Source: a virus
Lineage: Duplodnaviria > Caudoviricetes
DNA length: 64,000 bases
Direction: 5' to 3' (one strand)
IMG/VR virus record: IMGVR_UViG_3300006151_000007
Span: 13,242-77,241 of that record
Positions 46,071 through 55,826 of this stretch are shown here, in pieces (position 1 is the stretch's first letter; every line of letters starts with the position of its first letter). A program made the position numbers and the translations under genes. The notes below the pieces were generated by a model that saw only the letters and a list, made by a program, of their open reading frames with translations, was not told the origin of the DNA and ran no database searches.

Positions 46071-46116
46071 GAGCCATCAGCTGCCGGGAACCCCCGGTTT
46101 CTGATGGCTCTTTTGT
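46071..46116 (+). terminator. Intrinsic terminator
   Basis: gagccatcag...ctgatggctc plus ttttgt. Confidence 0.65.
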
Positions 46117-46128
46117 TGGGAGGATACC

Positions 46129-46242
46129 ATGACCGATCTGTATTTCAAGATGAAGATCATCGCATGGGCCGCAAAGGTTCCCCTGGTTATAATCATCGCG
46201 GTTTGCTGCCTGATCGCGTTTATCATCGACAAACGACGGTAA
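46129..46242 (+). CDS. 37-aa hydrophobic peptide
   Basis: MTDLYFKMKIIAWAAKVPLVIIIAVCCLIAFIIDKRR; RBS gggagga. Confidence 0.55.
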   Translation: MTDLYFKMKIIAWAAKVPLVIIIAVCCLIAFIIDKRR

Positions 46243-46272
46243 AATCCGCTGCGGCGGTTTTATGCAAATTTT

Positions 46273-46301
46273 GACGGCCCGGCGTCGCAAAAATTCCGGG
46301 C
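46273..46301 (+). promoter_or_regulatory. Putative H-type pseudoknot before the scaffold RBS (GP20 RNA-motif-like)
   Basis: GACG/CGTC and GCCCGG/CCGGGC interleaved stems. Confidence 0.5.
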
Positions 46302-46314
46302 AAAGGGAGGTATC

Positions 46315-46959
46315 ATGACACGCGAGTTTCTGAAAAACCTCGGTCTGGAGGACTCCGTCATTGACAAGATTCTGGCTGAGAACACCCAGGACGTCAACCA
46401 GGAGAAGGCCCAGACCACCACCGCCCAGACCGCTCTGGCGGACACCCAAGGCAAGCTCACCGCCGCGAGCGAGGAGCTGGAGAAGCTGAAAAATGCCGGC
46501 GGCGATGGCGATGCAGCTGGTATCAAGAAGCAGCTCTCCGAGCTCCAGGAGAAGTACAAGACCGACATTGCCGAGCGCGACGCCAAACTGGCGGACCGGG
46601 ACTACTCCGACGCCATCACCCGGGCCATCTCCGGCAGGGCGCTGAAATTCTCCAGCAAGGCGGCGGAGCGGGATTTCATCGCCCGCGTCAAGGAGAAGAA
46701 GCTGGAGCTGACGGACGGGGAGCTCACGGGCCTGGACGACTTCATCAAGGCCCAGCGGGAGGCGGACCCGGACGCCTTTGCCCCCGACAAGGCGTCCCCG
46801 CGCTTCATCACCGGAGGCGGCGGCGGGCACGGCGCTCCCGGCGGTGGCGGGACGAAAACACCGGCGGAGCTGATGGCGGAGGCCATCGGCAAGGCCAACG
46901 CGGAGAGCGGCAAAGCCGCCAATGACATCATTTCTGCTTATACAGGAGGGAAATCGTAA
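46315..46959 (+). CDS. Scaffolding protein (GP20-like)
   Basis: MTREFLKNLGL...IDKILAEN; coiled coil; Gly-rich tail. Confidence 0.85.
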   Translation: MTREFLKNLGLEDSVIDKILAENTQDVNQEKAQTTTAQTALADTQGKLTAASEELEKLKNAGGDGDAAGIKKQLSELQEKYKTDIAERDAKLADRDYSDAITRAISGRALKFSSKAAERDFIARVKEKKLELTDGELTGLDDFIKAQREADPDAFAPDKASPRFITGGGGGHGAPGGGGTKTPAELMAEAIGKANAESGKAANDIISAYTGGKS

Positions 46960-47291
46960 TGGCACTTGAAGCGATGGGGTACAAAACCAAAACCGTCAGC
47001 GCGGATGTGGAGATCCTCTACAACAGCGAGTTCGTGGGGGACGCCATAACGCTGGACGCCGCCTCCTTCACGGACGGCGTGTGCAAGGCCGGCACGCCGA
47101 TGGCCGCAAAGGGGACCAAGGCTGCGGGGGCGGACGCGTTCGGCATCCTGCTCCACGACGTGGACCAGAAGCGCCCCCAGGGCACGGTGGTCGTCGGCGG
47201 CTACATCAATACCGCTGCGGCGGAGGCCCACTCCGGCGTGACCATCAGCGAGGCGGTCAAGGCCGCGCTGAAGAACGTTGTATTTATGTGA
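46959..47291 (+). CDS. Head decoration/capsid accessory protein
   Basis: Between scaffold and MCP; CKAGTPM...GILLHDV. Confidence 0.65.
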   Translation: MALEAMGYKTKTVSADVEILYNSEFVGDAITLDAASFTDGVCKAGTPMAAKGTKAAGADAFGILLHDVDQKRPQGTVVVGGYINTAAAEAHSGVTISEAVKAALKNVVFM

Positions 47292-47307
47292 CGAGGAGGA
47301 AAAGAAC

Positions 47308-48540
47308 ATGAGGCTGACTGAAATCTACAGCGCGAAGGCGATTGCCATCCAGCAGACGGAGGCCGCCGGCAACCGGCAGGCGTATTTCGGCGAGGGCCTG
47401 TTCCCGCCCAGGAAGAAGATGGGCCTGGACCTGAAGTGGATCAAGACCCACAAGGGCCTGCCCGTGTCCCTGGCGCCGTCCAACTTCGACGCGAAGTCCA
47501 CCCTGCGCAGCCGGGAGGGCATCAAGATGGACGAGACCCAGATGGCCTTCTTCCGGGAGTCCATGCTGGTCAAGGAGGAGGACGAGCAGAACATCATGCG
47601 GGTGCGGGAGGCCAGCGACCCCTACGCCCTGGAGGTCCTGAACCATGTCTACGACGACACCAACACCCTGGTGGAGGGCGCGCGGGTCGTGGCGGAGCGG
47701 ATGCGGATGCAGCTTCTCGCACCCGTGGACGATGGCTCCCCCCGGATCAACATCGAGGCAAACGGCGTCCAGTACTCCTACAACTACGATGCCGGCGGCA
47801 CCTACCAGAGCGGCCATTACCGGGCCCTGACCGGCACGGCCCAGTGGAGCGACCTCGCCAACAGCGACCCCCTGAGCGACGTGATGAGCGCCCAGGACGC
47901 CGTGGAGGCCGAGACTGGCACCCGGCCCTCCATGCTGCTCCTGAGCAAGAAGACCATGGGCTACCTCAAGAAGAACGTGAAGGTCCGCTCCGCCATTCTC
48001 GCCCAGAACGTCACGGCCAACGTCCTGGTGACAGACGCCCGGGTGACGGAGCTCTTCAGCACGGAGCTGGGCATCCGCCTCGTTGTCTACACCAAGAAGT
48101 ACAAGGACGAGACCGGTACGACCCACCAGTTCTATCCGGACGATATGGTCACCCTCCTGCCGGACGGCGCCCTGGGCAGTACCTGGTACGGCACCACGCC
48201 CGAGGAGCGCACTCTGCTGGGCAGCGGCAAGGCGGATGTGGCGATCGTGGACACCGGCATCGCCGTGGCGGTCAGCGTCACCATTGATCCCGTGAACACC
48301 AAGACCACAGTCTCCGAGATCGTGCTGCCCTCCTACGAGCGCATGGACGAGACCTTTGTGATCAAGGTCGCCGGCGACACATCTACTGCCGCCCTGTCCG
48401 ATGTTCCCAATGAGCAGGACGATCTCGACAGTATGACGAAGGACGAACTGCTCGCCTACGCCAACGCGCACAACATCAGCGGCGTCAGCGCCTCCATGAA
48501 CAAGGCGGATATCCTGTCCGCGATCAAGGCCGCGAGCTGA
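47308..48540 (+). CDS. Major capsid protein with C-terminal Rho_N/HeH-like appendage
   Basis: Capsid-E-like body; tail DLDSMTKDELLAYA...MNKADILSAI. Confidence 0.85.
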   Translation: MRLTEIYSAKAIAIQQTEAAGNRQAYFGEGLFPPRKKMGLDLKWIKTHKGLPVSLAPSNFDAKSTLRSREGIKMDETQMAFFRESMLVKEEDEQNIMRVREASDPYALEVLNHVYDDTNTLVEGARVVAERMRMQLLAPVDDGSPRINIEANGVQYSYNYDAGGTYQSGHYRALTGTAQWSDLANSDPLSDVMSAQDAVEAETGTRPSMLLLSKKTMGYLKKNVKVRSAILAQNVTANVLVTDARVTELFSTELGIRLVVYTKKYKDETGTTHQFYPDDMVTLLPDGALGSTWYGTTPEERTLLGSGKADVAIVDTGIAVAVSVTIDPVNTKTTVSEIVLPSYERMDETFVIKVAGDTSTAALSDVPNEQDDLDSMTKDELLAYANAHNISGVSASMNKADILSAIKAAS

Positions 48541-48557
48541 GAAAGGAGGCCCGCCGG

Positions 48558-48980
48558 ATGGCTTACGCTGACTACGATTTTTACCTGAACGAGTACCTCG
48601 GGGACGCGATCACCGGGGAGGACTTCCCGCGGCTCTCCCAGCGGGCCTCCGACTACATCAGATCGGCCACCAAGGGCCTCTCCGACAGGGCGGACGGCTT
48701 GCAGTTGGAGGCCGTGAAAAAGTGCGCCTGCGCCATTGCGGACATCCTGCTGGACGAGAGCATCATGACGGCAAGCGCGTTCAGCGGGGAGCAGGCGGTC
48801 TCCAGCGAGACGGTGGGGGGCTGGTCCAGGAGCTACCGCGCCCCTTCCGTCTCCTCCGCTGAGGTGTCATACCTCGCCGGGCGGAAGCGGGAGGCCCTGC
48901 TGCTGTACCTGGGGGAGCTCCCGGCCTTCGCCGGTATTTTCAAAGTGAGGTCGTACCCATGCCCGCACCGAAGAGGCTGA
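48558..48980 (+). CDS. Head-tail connector
   Basis: MAYADYDFY...Y.G..I...F..L..RAS.YI; SSETVG.WS.SY. Confidence 0.75.
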   Translation: MAYADYDFYLNEYLGDAITGEDFPRLSQRASDYIRSATKGLSDRADGLQLEAVKKCACAIADILLDESIMTASAFSGEQAVSSETVGGWSRSYRAPSVSSAEVSYLAGRKREALLLYLGELPAFAGIFKVRSYPCPHRRG

Positions 48981-49018
48981 GCCGCCCCCGGCGGCTGAAC
49001 GCGTCCCCAGCGGCGGGG

Positions 49019-49495
49019 ATGTTCCCCCACGCGGTCACGCTTTACAACGTGGCCGTCAGGACCGGCAGGGGGACGGTCAGGAGCACGGTGGAAAGCAGCG
49101 TCACCCTCCTGCGGGGCGTGTTCCTGGACGCCTCCAGGGGGGCGGACCCGGACCGGAACGGCCTGGAGGGCGCGGACGGGGCGGTCCTGTACGTGCCCTC
49201 CGGCGTGGAGGCCGTGGACGCGGTGACCGGGGAGCCGAAAGCGTACCTGCCGCCGGTGGAGTTCTGGAGCGCGGGAGATAAAAGCGGCTTTTGGACCCTG
49301 GCGGCCAGCAGCCGGAGCGCCCCCGGCAGGGGCTTTACCTTTTTCGTGAAGGGCCTTGCCCCTCCTCCGGAGGGTACGTCTCCGGAGGAGGTGCGGGGGC
49401 GGCTGGAGGCGCTGTACGACCAGGTGTACCACGTCTCCAGGATCAAAGAGCGGAATTTCGGAGGACTGGCCCACTGGGAGATCGGAGGGGTGTGA
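49019..49495 (+). CDS. Head closure/minor capsid protein
   Basis: MFPHAVTLYN...; position. Confidence 0.6.
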   Translation: MFPHAVTLYNVAVRTGRGTVRSTVESSVTLLRGVFLDASRGADPDRNGLEGADGAVLYVPSGVEAVDAVTGEPKAYLPPVEFWSAGDKSGFWTLAASSRSAPGRGFTFFVKGLAPPPEGTSPEEVRGRLEALYDQVYHVSRIKERNFGGLAHWEIGGV

Positions 49496-49505
49496 GAAGG
49501 CCGGT

Positions 49506-49919
49506 TTGACATTCAAAGTGGAAACAAGGGGCTTCGGAGATATCGCCCGGAGGATGGCCCAGGCCGCGCCTGGGGTGAAGCATACCCTCGCGGTCCAGAT
49601 GGCGAAGGACACGGAGCCGTATGTCCCCGCGCGGACGAAGTCCTTTGCCGGCCGGACGCAGGTGGACGGCGACACCATCATCTACCCCGGCCCCTATGCC
49701 CGGTTCCTCTACAGGGGGAAGCTGATGATCGACCCCAGGACCGGCAGTCCCTTCGCGACAAAGGGGGCGACCAAGATCGTCACGGGCAGGGACCTGGATA
49801 TCAGCACGGCGGTCCATAGCAAGGCCCAGGACCACTGGTTCGAGGCATCCAAGGCCCAGAACATGAGGAAATGGGAGCGAGTAGCAGGGAGGGCAATGCG
49901 GCATGAGTTCGGAAGATAG
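49506..49919 (+). CDS. Minor capsid/neck protein (start uncertain)
   Basis: DTEPYVP...IIYPGPYARFLY...AQDHWFE; no ATG, TTG assumed. Confidence 0.65.
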   Translation: MTFKVETRGFGDIARRMAQAAPGVKHTLAVQMAKDTEPYVPARTKSFAGRTQVDGDTIIYPGPYARFLYRGKLMIDPRTGSPFATKGATKIVTGRDLDISTAVHSKAQDHWFEASKAQNMRKWERVAGRAMRHEFGR

Positions 49920-50379
49920 GACCATTGAATTTGTCTCCGCTTTTGAGGAGGCGGGAATCTCCAGAAACCTTTTGGATTGGCTGAACAAGTGGCTGGAGGC
50001 GCAGGCGGACATCCCCTTTTCCATTGATTTCATTGACTATGAGTTCATGGAGGACGAGACGCCCGGCATGGCGATGTCCCTTGTCCAGAGCGCCTATATC
50101 GTAGAGCGGTTCATCAACGGGGCATACACAGCGGACTATCAGTTCAAGATCATCTACAGGACGGCTCCGGATACCCCGGAGGCCCGGCTGAGCGCGGACG
50201 AGCTCCTGGACGGGCTCGCACAGTGGGCCGCGGGGCAGAAGCCGGATATCGGCGACGGTCTGGAGGTCCAGGAGATCGAGCAGGTCACTCCCGCCGCCCT
50301 CTTCGCCCGGATGGCGGGGGGCTGGGAGGACCATCAAATATTCATGCGGATGACCTATCAGGTCCATCCCGGAAAGTGA
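49903..50379 (+). CDS. Tail terminator-like protein
   Basis: Position before major tail protein. Confidence 0.6.
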   Translation: MSSEDRTIEFVSAFEEAGISRNLLDWLNKWLEAQADIPFSIDFIDYEFMEDETPGMAMSLVQSAYIVERFINGAYTADYQFKIIYRTAPDTPEARLSADELLDGLAQWAAGQKPDIGDGLEVQEIEQVTPAALFARMAGGWEDHQIFMRMTYQVHPGK

Positions 50380-50386
50380 GGAAACT

Positions 50387-50899
50387 ATGGCAGAAAAAAG
50401 AAGCGCGTTCCTTCTCTTCATCAACACGGCGAAGGGGACCGGCGCGGGAACCTACGCCCTGGTCGGCGACGGCGTCACGGAGCTGACGATCTCCTACAAC
50501 CCTCAGACCAGCACAGAGCAGTACATCCACCAGGACACGGCCACCACGGAAATGACCGGCTACCAGCCCAATGCCCCTGTTACCTCCCAGGTGGTCAAGG
50601 GGGACCAGGCCTTTGAATTCATCAACGATATGCGCAGGCGTCTCCCCATTGGCAGCGACGCCCATACGGATATCGTTATGGTGGATGTCTTCGAGACCGC
50701 ATCCTCCGGCAGCTACCCTGCTACGAGGCAGCCGGTCTCCATCCAGATCGACAGCTACGGCGGCGCGGCCTCTGACCCGCTCTCCATCGGCTACACCATC
50801 AACTGGCGCGGAGCGGGGGAAGATGGGACTTTCAATCCTGAGACAAAGGTCTTCACCAAAGGTGCATCGGCAGCAGCCAACATGGAAGAGGAGGAATAA
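50387..50899 (+). CDS. Major tail protein
   Basis: LVGDGVTEL..SYNPQT...YIH; position. Confidence 0.75.
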   Translation: MAEKRSAFLLFINTAKGTGAGTYALVGDGVTELTISYNPQTSTEQYIHQDTATTEMTGYQPNAPVTSQVVKGDQAFEFINDMRRRLPIGSDAHTDIVMVDVFETASSGSYPATRQPVSIQIDSYGGAASDPLSIGYTINWRGAGEDGTFNPETKVFTKGASAAANMEEEE

Positions 50900-50902
50900 G
50901 AG

Positions 50903-51340
50903 ATGGCAGGCATTCGCGTAAACACCGGGGTGAAGCGCATCGAAGTCAATGACGATGGCGATTACATCACCCTGAGCCTGAGCGACAACGACTTTCTCAA
51001 CCGATTTTTCGCCCTGTATGAAAATTCACAGAAGATGGCGAATGAGTTCTCTTCCAGCGAGGCGCAGATCAGGGAGAAATACCAAGGGGACGCAGAAACC
51101 AGCGCGGCTTGCTTGCGGGAAGTGCTCTCCATCTATACGGAGGCCGGAAAGAACATGATGTCTGAGGTTGACAATCTCTTTGGCGCGGGCACCTGCCAAA
51201 AGGTGTTCGGAGACATCACGCCCAGTTTTGAGCTTTACTATGATTTCTTCGAGCAGCTCACCCCGTACTTGCAGGAGTTTGCGAAGGAGAAGACCCAGCG
51301 CATGAGCAAGTACAGCGCCGCCCGCACCGGCAATGTATAA
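50903..51340 (+). CDS. Tail assembly chaperone
   Basis: Position; distant similarity to 3..443. Confidence 0.7.
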   Translation: MAGIRVNTGVKRIEVNDDGDYITLSLSDNDFLNRFFALYENSQKMANEFSSSEAQIREKYQGDAETSAACLREVLSIYTEAGKNMMSEVDNLFGAGTCQKVFGDITPSFELYYDFFEQLTPYLQEFAKEKTQRMSKYSAARTGNV

Positions 51341-51890
51341 CGCCATGCTGGACCGCCTGCCGGAGGACTACTGCGGCTGGCTCATCCGCACGGACTACCG
51401 GATCGGGGTGCAGATTCAACTCTGCATCTCCGACCCGGAGCTCAGCGACAGCGAGAAGACCGGCACGGCGCTGTCCCTCCTGTACGGCAACGGCATCCCC
51501 GATCTCCAGACCGCTCTGGAGGGCCTTTCCTGGTTCATGTCCTGCGGAAACGCCCCTGCCGCGTCCGGGGGAGACGATGAGCCGGAGGTGTTTTCCTTTG
51601 AATACGATTCTGCCCGCATCGTCTCCGCGTTTCGGAAGGTGTTCGGCATCGATATCAGCCGGTCAAAGCTCCACTGGTTCGAGTTTATGCCCATGCTGGG
51701 GGATTTGACGGATACGGCGTTTACAAACATCATCAACATTCGGACCACTTCGGCCTCTGAGGTTTCTTCACAAAAGCGGGCGGAATTTATGCGCATGAAA
51801 AAGCGCTTTGCGCTCCCGAACCAGTACACCCAGGAGGAGCTGGAGACCATCAACGGCATCCTGGAGAAGGTGCGCGGTCCGGCTACATGA
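51333..51890 (+). CDS. Gp15-like tail assembly protein
   Basis: IRTDYR; FSFEYD...I.SAF...GID; LHWFEF. Confidence 0.8.
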   Translation: MYNAMLDRLPEDYCGWLIRTDYRIGVQIQLCISDPELSDSEKTGTALSLLYGNGIPDLQTALEGLSWFMSCGNAPAASGGDDEPEVFSFEYDSARIVSAFRKVFGIDISRSKLHWFEFMPMLGDLTDTAFTNIINIRTTSASEVSSQKRAEFMRMKKRFALPNQYTQEELETINGILEKVRGPAT

Positions 51891-51915
51891 CCACCGGAGG
51901 AGGTGAAATCATCCA

Positions 51916-54900
51916 ATGTTTGGATATGACGGTTCTGTCCGTATCAAGGCTGACCTGAACCACTCCGATTTCGACCGGGGCATTGCCCACATGACCAAAT
52001 CGGTCAACAACTTTGGCGGGACCCTGAAAAAGGTTGCCGGTATCATCGGCACAGTGTTCGGCGTCGCCACGCTGGTCAACTTCGGCAAGGAGGCTGTCAA
52101 ACTTGCCTCCGATATCCAGGAGGTCCAGAACGTCATTGATGTGACGTTCGGGAGCGGAGCGGCCAAAATCGAAGAATTTGCCCAGTCCGCTGCGGAGGCG
52201 TTCGGCCTGTCCGAGCTGTCCGCAAAGCAGTACGCCGGAACAATGGGGGCGATGCTCAAATCCTCCGGACTTGCCACCAGCGCGGCGCAGGATATGTCCA
52301 TCGCGCTGTCCGGCTTGGCGGGGGACCTGGCATCGTTCTACAACCTGAACACCGATGAGGCGTTTGAGAAGATACGCTCCGGCATCAGCGGCGAGACGGA
52401 ACCTCTGAAACAGCTCGGCATCAACATGAGCGTGGCGAACCTGGAAGCCTACGCGCTCTCGAAGGGCATCACGAAGAGCTATAAGTCCATGTCCCAGGCG
52501 GAACAGGTGCTCCTTCGCTACAACTATCTGCTGAGCGTGACCACGGACGCCCAGGGGGATTTCGCCCGGACCTCCGGGAGCTTTGCAAACCAGATCCGTA
52601 TCCTCCAACTCAATTTTGACCAACTGAAGATTGCCGTGGGCAACGCGCTGATCCCAATTGCTCAGGCGGTCTTGCCGGGGATCAATGCCATTATCGCGGC
52701 GCTCACAAAACTCGCCAGGGTTTTCGCAAAAGTGACCAACCTTCTGTTTGGCAGGAATACAGAGGGCAAAACGGAGACCGGCGTCGCTTCGTCCGCGAGT
52801 TCTGCCGCAACAGCAACGGACAAACTGACGGAATCCACGGAGAACGCCGGGAGCGCGGCAAAAAAGGCGGCAAAGGACATGAAGGGCGTCCAGGCCGGAT
52901 TTGACGAGCTCAATATCCTTGCAGGGAAAGCGGCCTCCAGCCTGGGAGACGCCGCAGGAGGGCTGGACCTCAGCAACACAGATGTGGAGCTTCCCGATGT
53001 GGACACAGAGGGAGAGATATTCAGTGATGTGGAGATCTCCCCGAAGCTCAAGGAGGACATAGAAGCCCTGCGGGACGCCCTGGACCGTATCTGGGACGTG
53101 TTCAAAAAATCCTGGGAGCTCAATGGGCCGGAGGTCATAGACGCCGCCAAAAGGGCTTTAGAATCCATCTATGAACTGCTCAAGGCCATTGGACGGGCCT
53201 TTACGGAGGCGTGGACCGGCGGCGCGGGGCTGGAGTTCTTAAATGCAGTCTGGGATTTCCTGGAGATGATCCTGAACGTTATCGCAGATATCGCGGACGC
53301 CTGGAAGACGGCATTTGACAACGTCGGGACGGAATTTTTTGAATCGATCCTCTTCATGTTCACGGAGATCCTGAAACTGCTGACCAGCATCGGGGAGGCG
53401 TTCCGGGAGGCGTGGAACGACGGTTCCGGCGTGGAAATCTGTGAGACCATCCTCAAGATTTTCACCAACATCTATAACACCATCGGGACCATCGCCATGA
53501 AGCTCCGGGAGGCATGGGAGGCAAACGGGAACGGCGTCGCCATCTGGAACGCGATCCTGGACATCGTGCAGACAGTCCTCAGCTTCATAGAACGGCTTAC
53601 GGCGTCAACGCTGGAGTGGGCGAAGGGGCTCAATTTCGAGCCGCTTATGGCCGCGTTCCGGGGCCTCCTGGAGGCTATCGAGCCCCTTGTGACTGTGATA
53701 ACAGACGGGTTGGCATATGCCTACGAAAATGTGCTGCTGCCGTTTGGAAAATGGTTCCTGGAGGAGCTTGCCCCTGTTGGGATAGAATTGGTCACTGCGG
53801 CTATCGAAGCACTTACCGCAGTCCTGGAGGCAATCAAGCCCCTTGCAGAATGGCTGTGGGAGAACTTTTTACAGCCGATTTCAGAGTGGACCGGCGGTGT
53901 GATTGTCACTGTTCTGGAGGCCATCGCTGACGGCTTGCACGACATTGCATCCGTCATCAACGGGGAGCTCTCTCTTACCGATTTTATTGCGCAGCTCACA
54001 CCGCTGCAGACCCTTCTTCTGGGGATCGCTTCCGCTCTGGTCGCGGTCAAGGTGGCAGCCGCCGGTATGGCTCTGGTGGAAACGATCAAAAAAATTGTTG
54101 AATATCTGACGAAATTGGACCTTCTTGATGCTCCGGGGATCATCGGGAAATTGGCACAGGTCTTCACGATTGCAAGCTCCTCAGCCTATACCTTTTCGGA
54201 TGCAATGCAAATGGTGTTTGGACCTGGTTCTATCCTCGCAGGCATTGGCGCACTCGTTGGCGGCGCTGTAATAGCAATCACCAATTTTATTTCCATGCTG
54301 AAAAACGGATTCAGTTGGGCAAATGAAGCGCTCATGCTTCTTGGCATTGCGATTTCCGCAGTTGGCGCAATTATCCTGGGCGCTCCCGCTCTTGTCGCAG
54401 GCGTGATTGCAGGAATTGTTGCGGCTGTAGCGACTATGGTCGTTGTGCTCAAAGATAATTGGGAGGAGGTCAAAAAGGCCGGAGCAGAGGCGTGGGAGAA
54501 AATCAAGGAGGCATGGAACGCGGCGGGAGAGTGGTTCAGTAAGAATGTGGCAGAGCCCATCGCGAAATTCTTCAAGGACGCATGGGAAAATGTCAAGCAA
54601 TTTGCCGCAGATGCCTGGGAAGCTGTCCAAGATGCTTGGGATTCTGCAAGCGAGTGGTTCAACACCAACGTCGTTGAGCCCGTAGCCGAATTTTTCTCCG
54701 GCCTCTGGGAGGACGTCCAGCAGTTGGCCTCCGACGCCTGGGACGGCATTGTCTCCGTCTGGGAGACGGTTTCCGGGTGGTTCGATGAAAACATCATCCA
54801 ACCCGTGGCGGAGTTTTTCGGCGACCTGTGGGACGGCATCAAGGAAGGGGCAAGCGAACTTTGGGACAACGTGGTCTCCATCTGGGAGAAAGCCGGAGAC

Positions 54901-55428
54901 TGGTTCAAAACCAATGTGGCGGACCCCATCGGCGCGGCCTTTGAAGCTGTCGGAGAATTCATCAAGGGTGTTTTCAACGGCATCATCGGCACGGTCGAGG
55001 GCATGATAAACGGCGTGATCAAGGGCATCAACTGGCTCATTGAACAGCTCAACAAGATCAAGATCGACATCCCGGAGGGCGTACCGCTGGTTGGCGGGAC
55101 GAAATTCGGCATCAACATCCAGAAGGTGTCCGACGTGAAGCTCCCCCGCCTCGCCAACGGCGCGGTGATCCCGCCAAACCAGCAGTTTGCGGCGGTCCTG
55201 GGCGACCAGCGCAGCGGCATGAACTTTGAAGCGCCGGCGGGCCTTGTCCGGCAGATGGTCACAGAGGGGATTCAGGCGGCAATGGCCCAGGGCGGCGGCT
55301 TTGGGCGCGGCGGCAACATGACCGTTGTCCTGGAAGTGGACAAGCGGGAGTGGGGCCGGGCAACGGTCAAATTCGGCGGCGCTGAATATCAGCGCATCGG
55401 AACAAAACTGGTGGAGGCACGCACATGA
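51916..55428 (+). CDS. Tape measure protein B
   Basis: 1170 aa; W/F-spaced 11-residue repeats; PRLANGAVIPPN...LGDQRSG. Confidence 0.9.
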   Translation: MFGYDGSVRIKADLNHSDFDRGIAHMTKSVNNFGGTLKKVAGIIGTVFGVATLVNFGKEAVKLASDIQEVQNVIDVTFGSGAAKIEEFAQSAAEAFGLSELSAKQYAGTMGAMLKSSGLATSAAQDMSIALSGLAGDLASFYNLNTDEAFEKIRSGISGETEPLKQLGINMSVANLEAYALSKGITKSYKSMSQAEQVLLRYNYLLSVTTDAQGDFARTSGSFANQIRILQLNFDQLKIAVGNALIPIAQAVLPGINAIIAALTKLARVFAKVTNLLFGRNTEGKTETGVASSASSAATATDKLTESTENAGSAAKKAAKDMKGVQAGFDELNILAGKAASSLGDAAGGLDLSNTDVELPDVDTEGEIFSDVEISPKLKEDIEALRDALDRIWDVFKKSWELNGPEVIDAAKRALESIYELLKAIGRAFTEAWTGGAGLEFLNAVWDFLEMILNVIADIADAWKTAFDNVGTEFFESILFMFTEILKLLTSIGEAFREAWNDGSGVEICETILKIFTNIYNTIGTIAMKLREAWEANGNGVAIWNAILDIVQTVLSFIERLTASTLEWAKGLNFEPLMAAFRGLLEAIEPLVTVITDGLAYAYENVLLPFGKWFLEELAPVGIELVTAAIEALTAVLEAIKPLAEWLWENFLQPISEWTGGVIVTVLEAIADGLHDIASVINGELSLTDFIAQLTPLQTLLLGIASALVAVKVAAAGMALVETIKKIVEYLTKLDLLDAPGIIGKLAQVFTIASSSAYTFSDAMQMVFGPGSILAGIGALVGGAVIAITNFISMLKNGFSWANEALMLLGIAISAVGAIILGAPALVAGVIAGIVAAVATMVVVLKDNWEEVKKAGAEAWEKIKEAWNAAGEWFSKNVAEPIAKFFKDAWENVKQFAADAWEAVQDAWDSASEWFNTNVVEPVAEFFSGLWEDVQQLASDAWDGIVSVWETVSGWFDENIIQPVAEFFGDLWDGIKEGASELWDNVVSIWEKAGDWFKTNVADPIGAAFEAVGEFIKGVFNGIIGTVEGMINGVIKGINWLIEQLNKIKIDIPEGVPLVGGTKFGINIQKVSDVKLPRLANGAVIPPNQQFAAVLGDQRSGMNFEAPAGLVRQMVTEGIQAAMAQGGGFGRGGNMTVVLEVDKREWGRATVKFGGAEYQRIGTKLVEART

Positions 55429-55826
55429 GCACAAGTGTATTTGCCGTAGACGGCGTGGAATATCCCGGTGTGTTTGTAAAATCCCCCCTCCGCAGGTCCT
55501 TCAACGTCCTGGACGGAGAGAACGCGGGCCGGACGATGGACGGCAAAATGCAGAGGGATATCATCGGTACATATTACACGTACCACATGGACCTCGATAT
55601 GAGCAACAGCGACCCGGACGAATATGACGCCCTGTTTGAAGCGCTGTCCGCTCCCGTGGACAGCCACCAGATTACCGTGCCCTACGGACAGTCTTCGATC
55701 ACCTACGAGGCATATGTGGCGAACGGGGAGGATGAGCTGGAGCGCATTCACCGGGACGGCTCCAGAAAGTGGAACAACCTGTCCATCAACTTCGTGGCGA
55801 TGGACCCCAATAGGAGGGCGTCATGA
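55425..55826 (+). CDS. Distal tail-like protein
   Basis: After TMP; GRTMDGKMQRD. Confidence 0.65.
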   Translation: MSTSVFAVDGVEYPGVFVKSPLRRSFNVLDGENAGRTMDGKMQRDIIGTYYTYHMDLDMSNSDPDEYDALFEALSAPVDSHQITVPYGQSSITYEAYVANGEDELERIHRDGSRKWNNLSINFVAMDPNRRAS

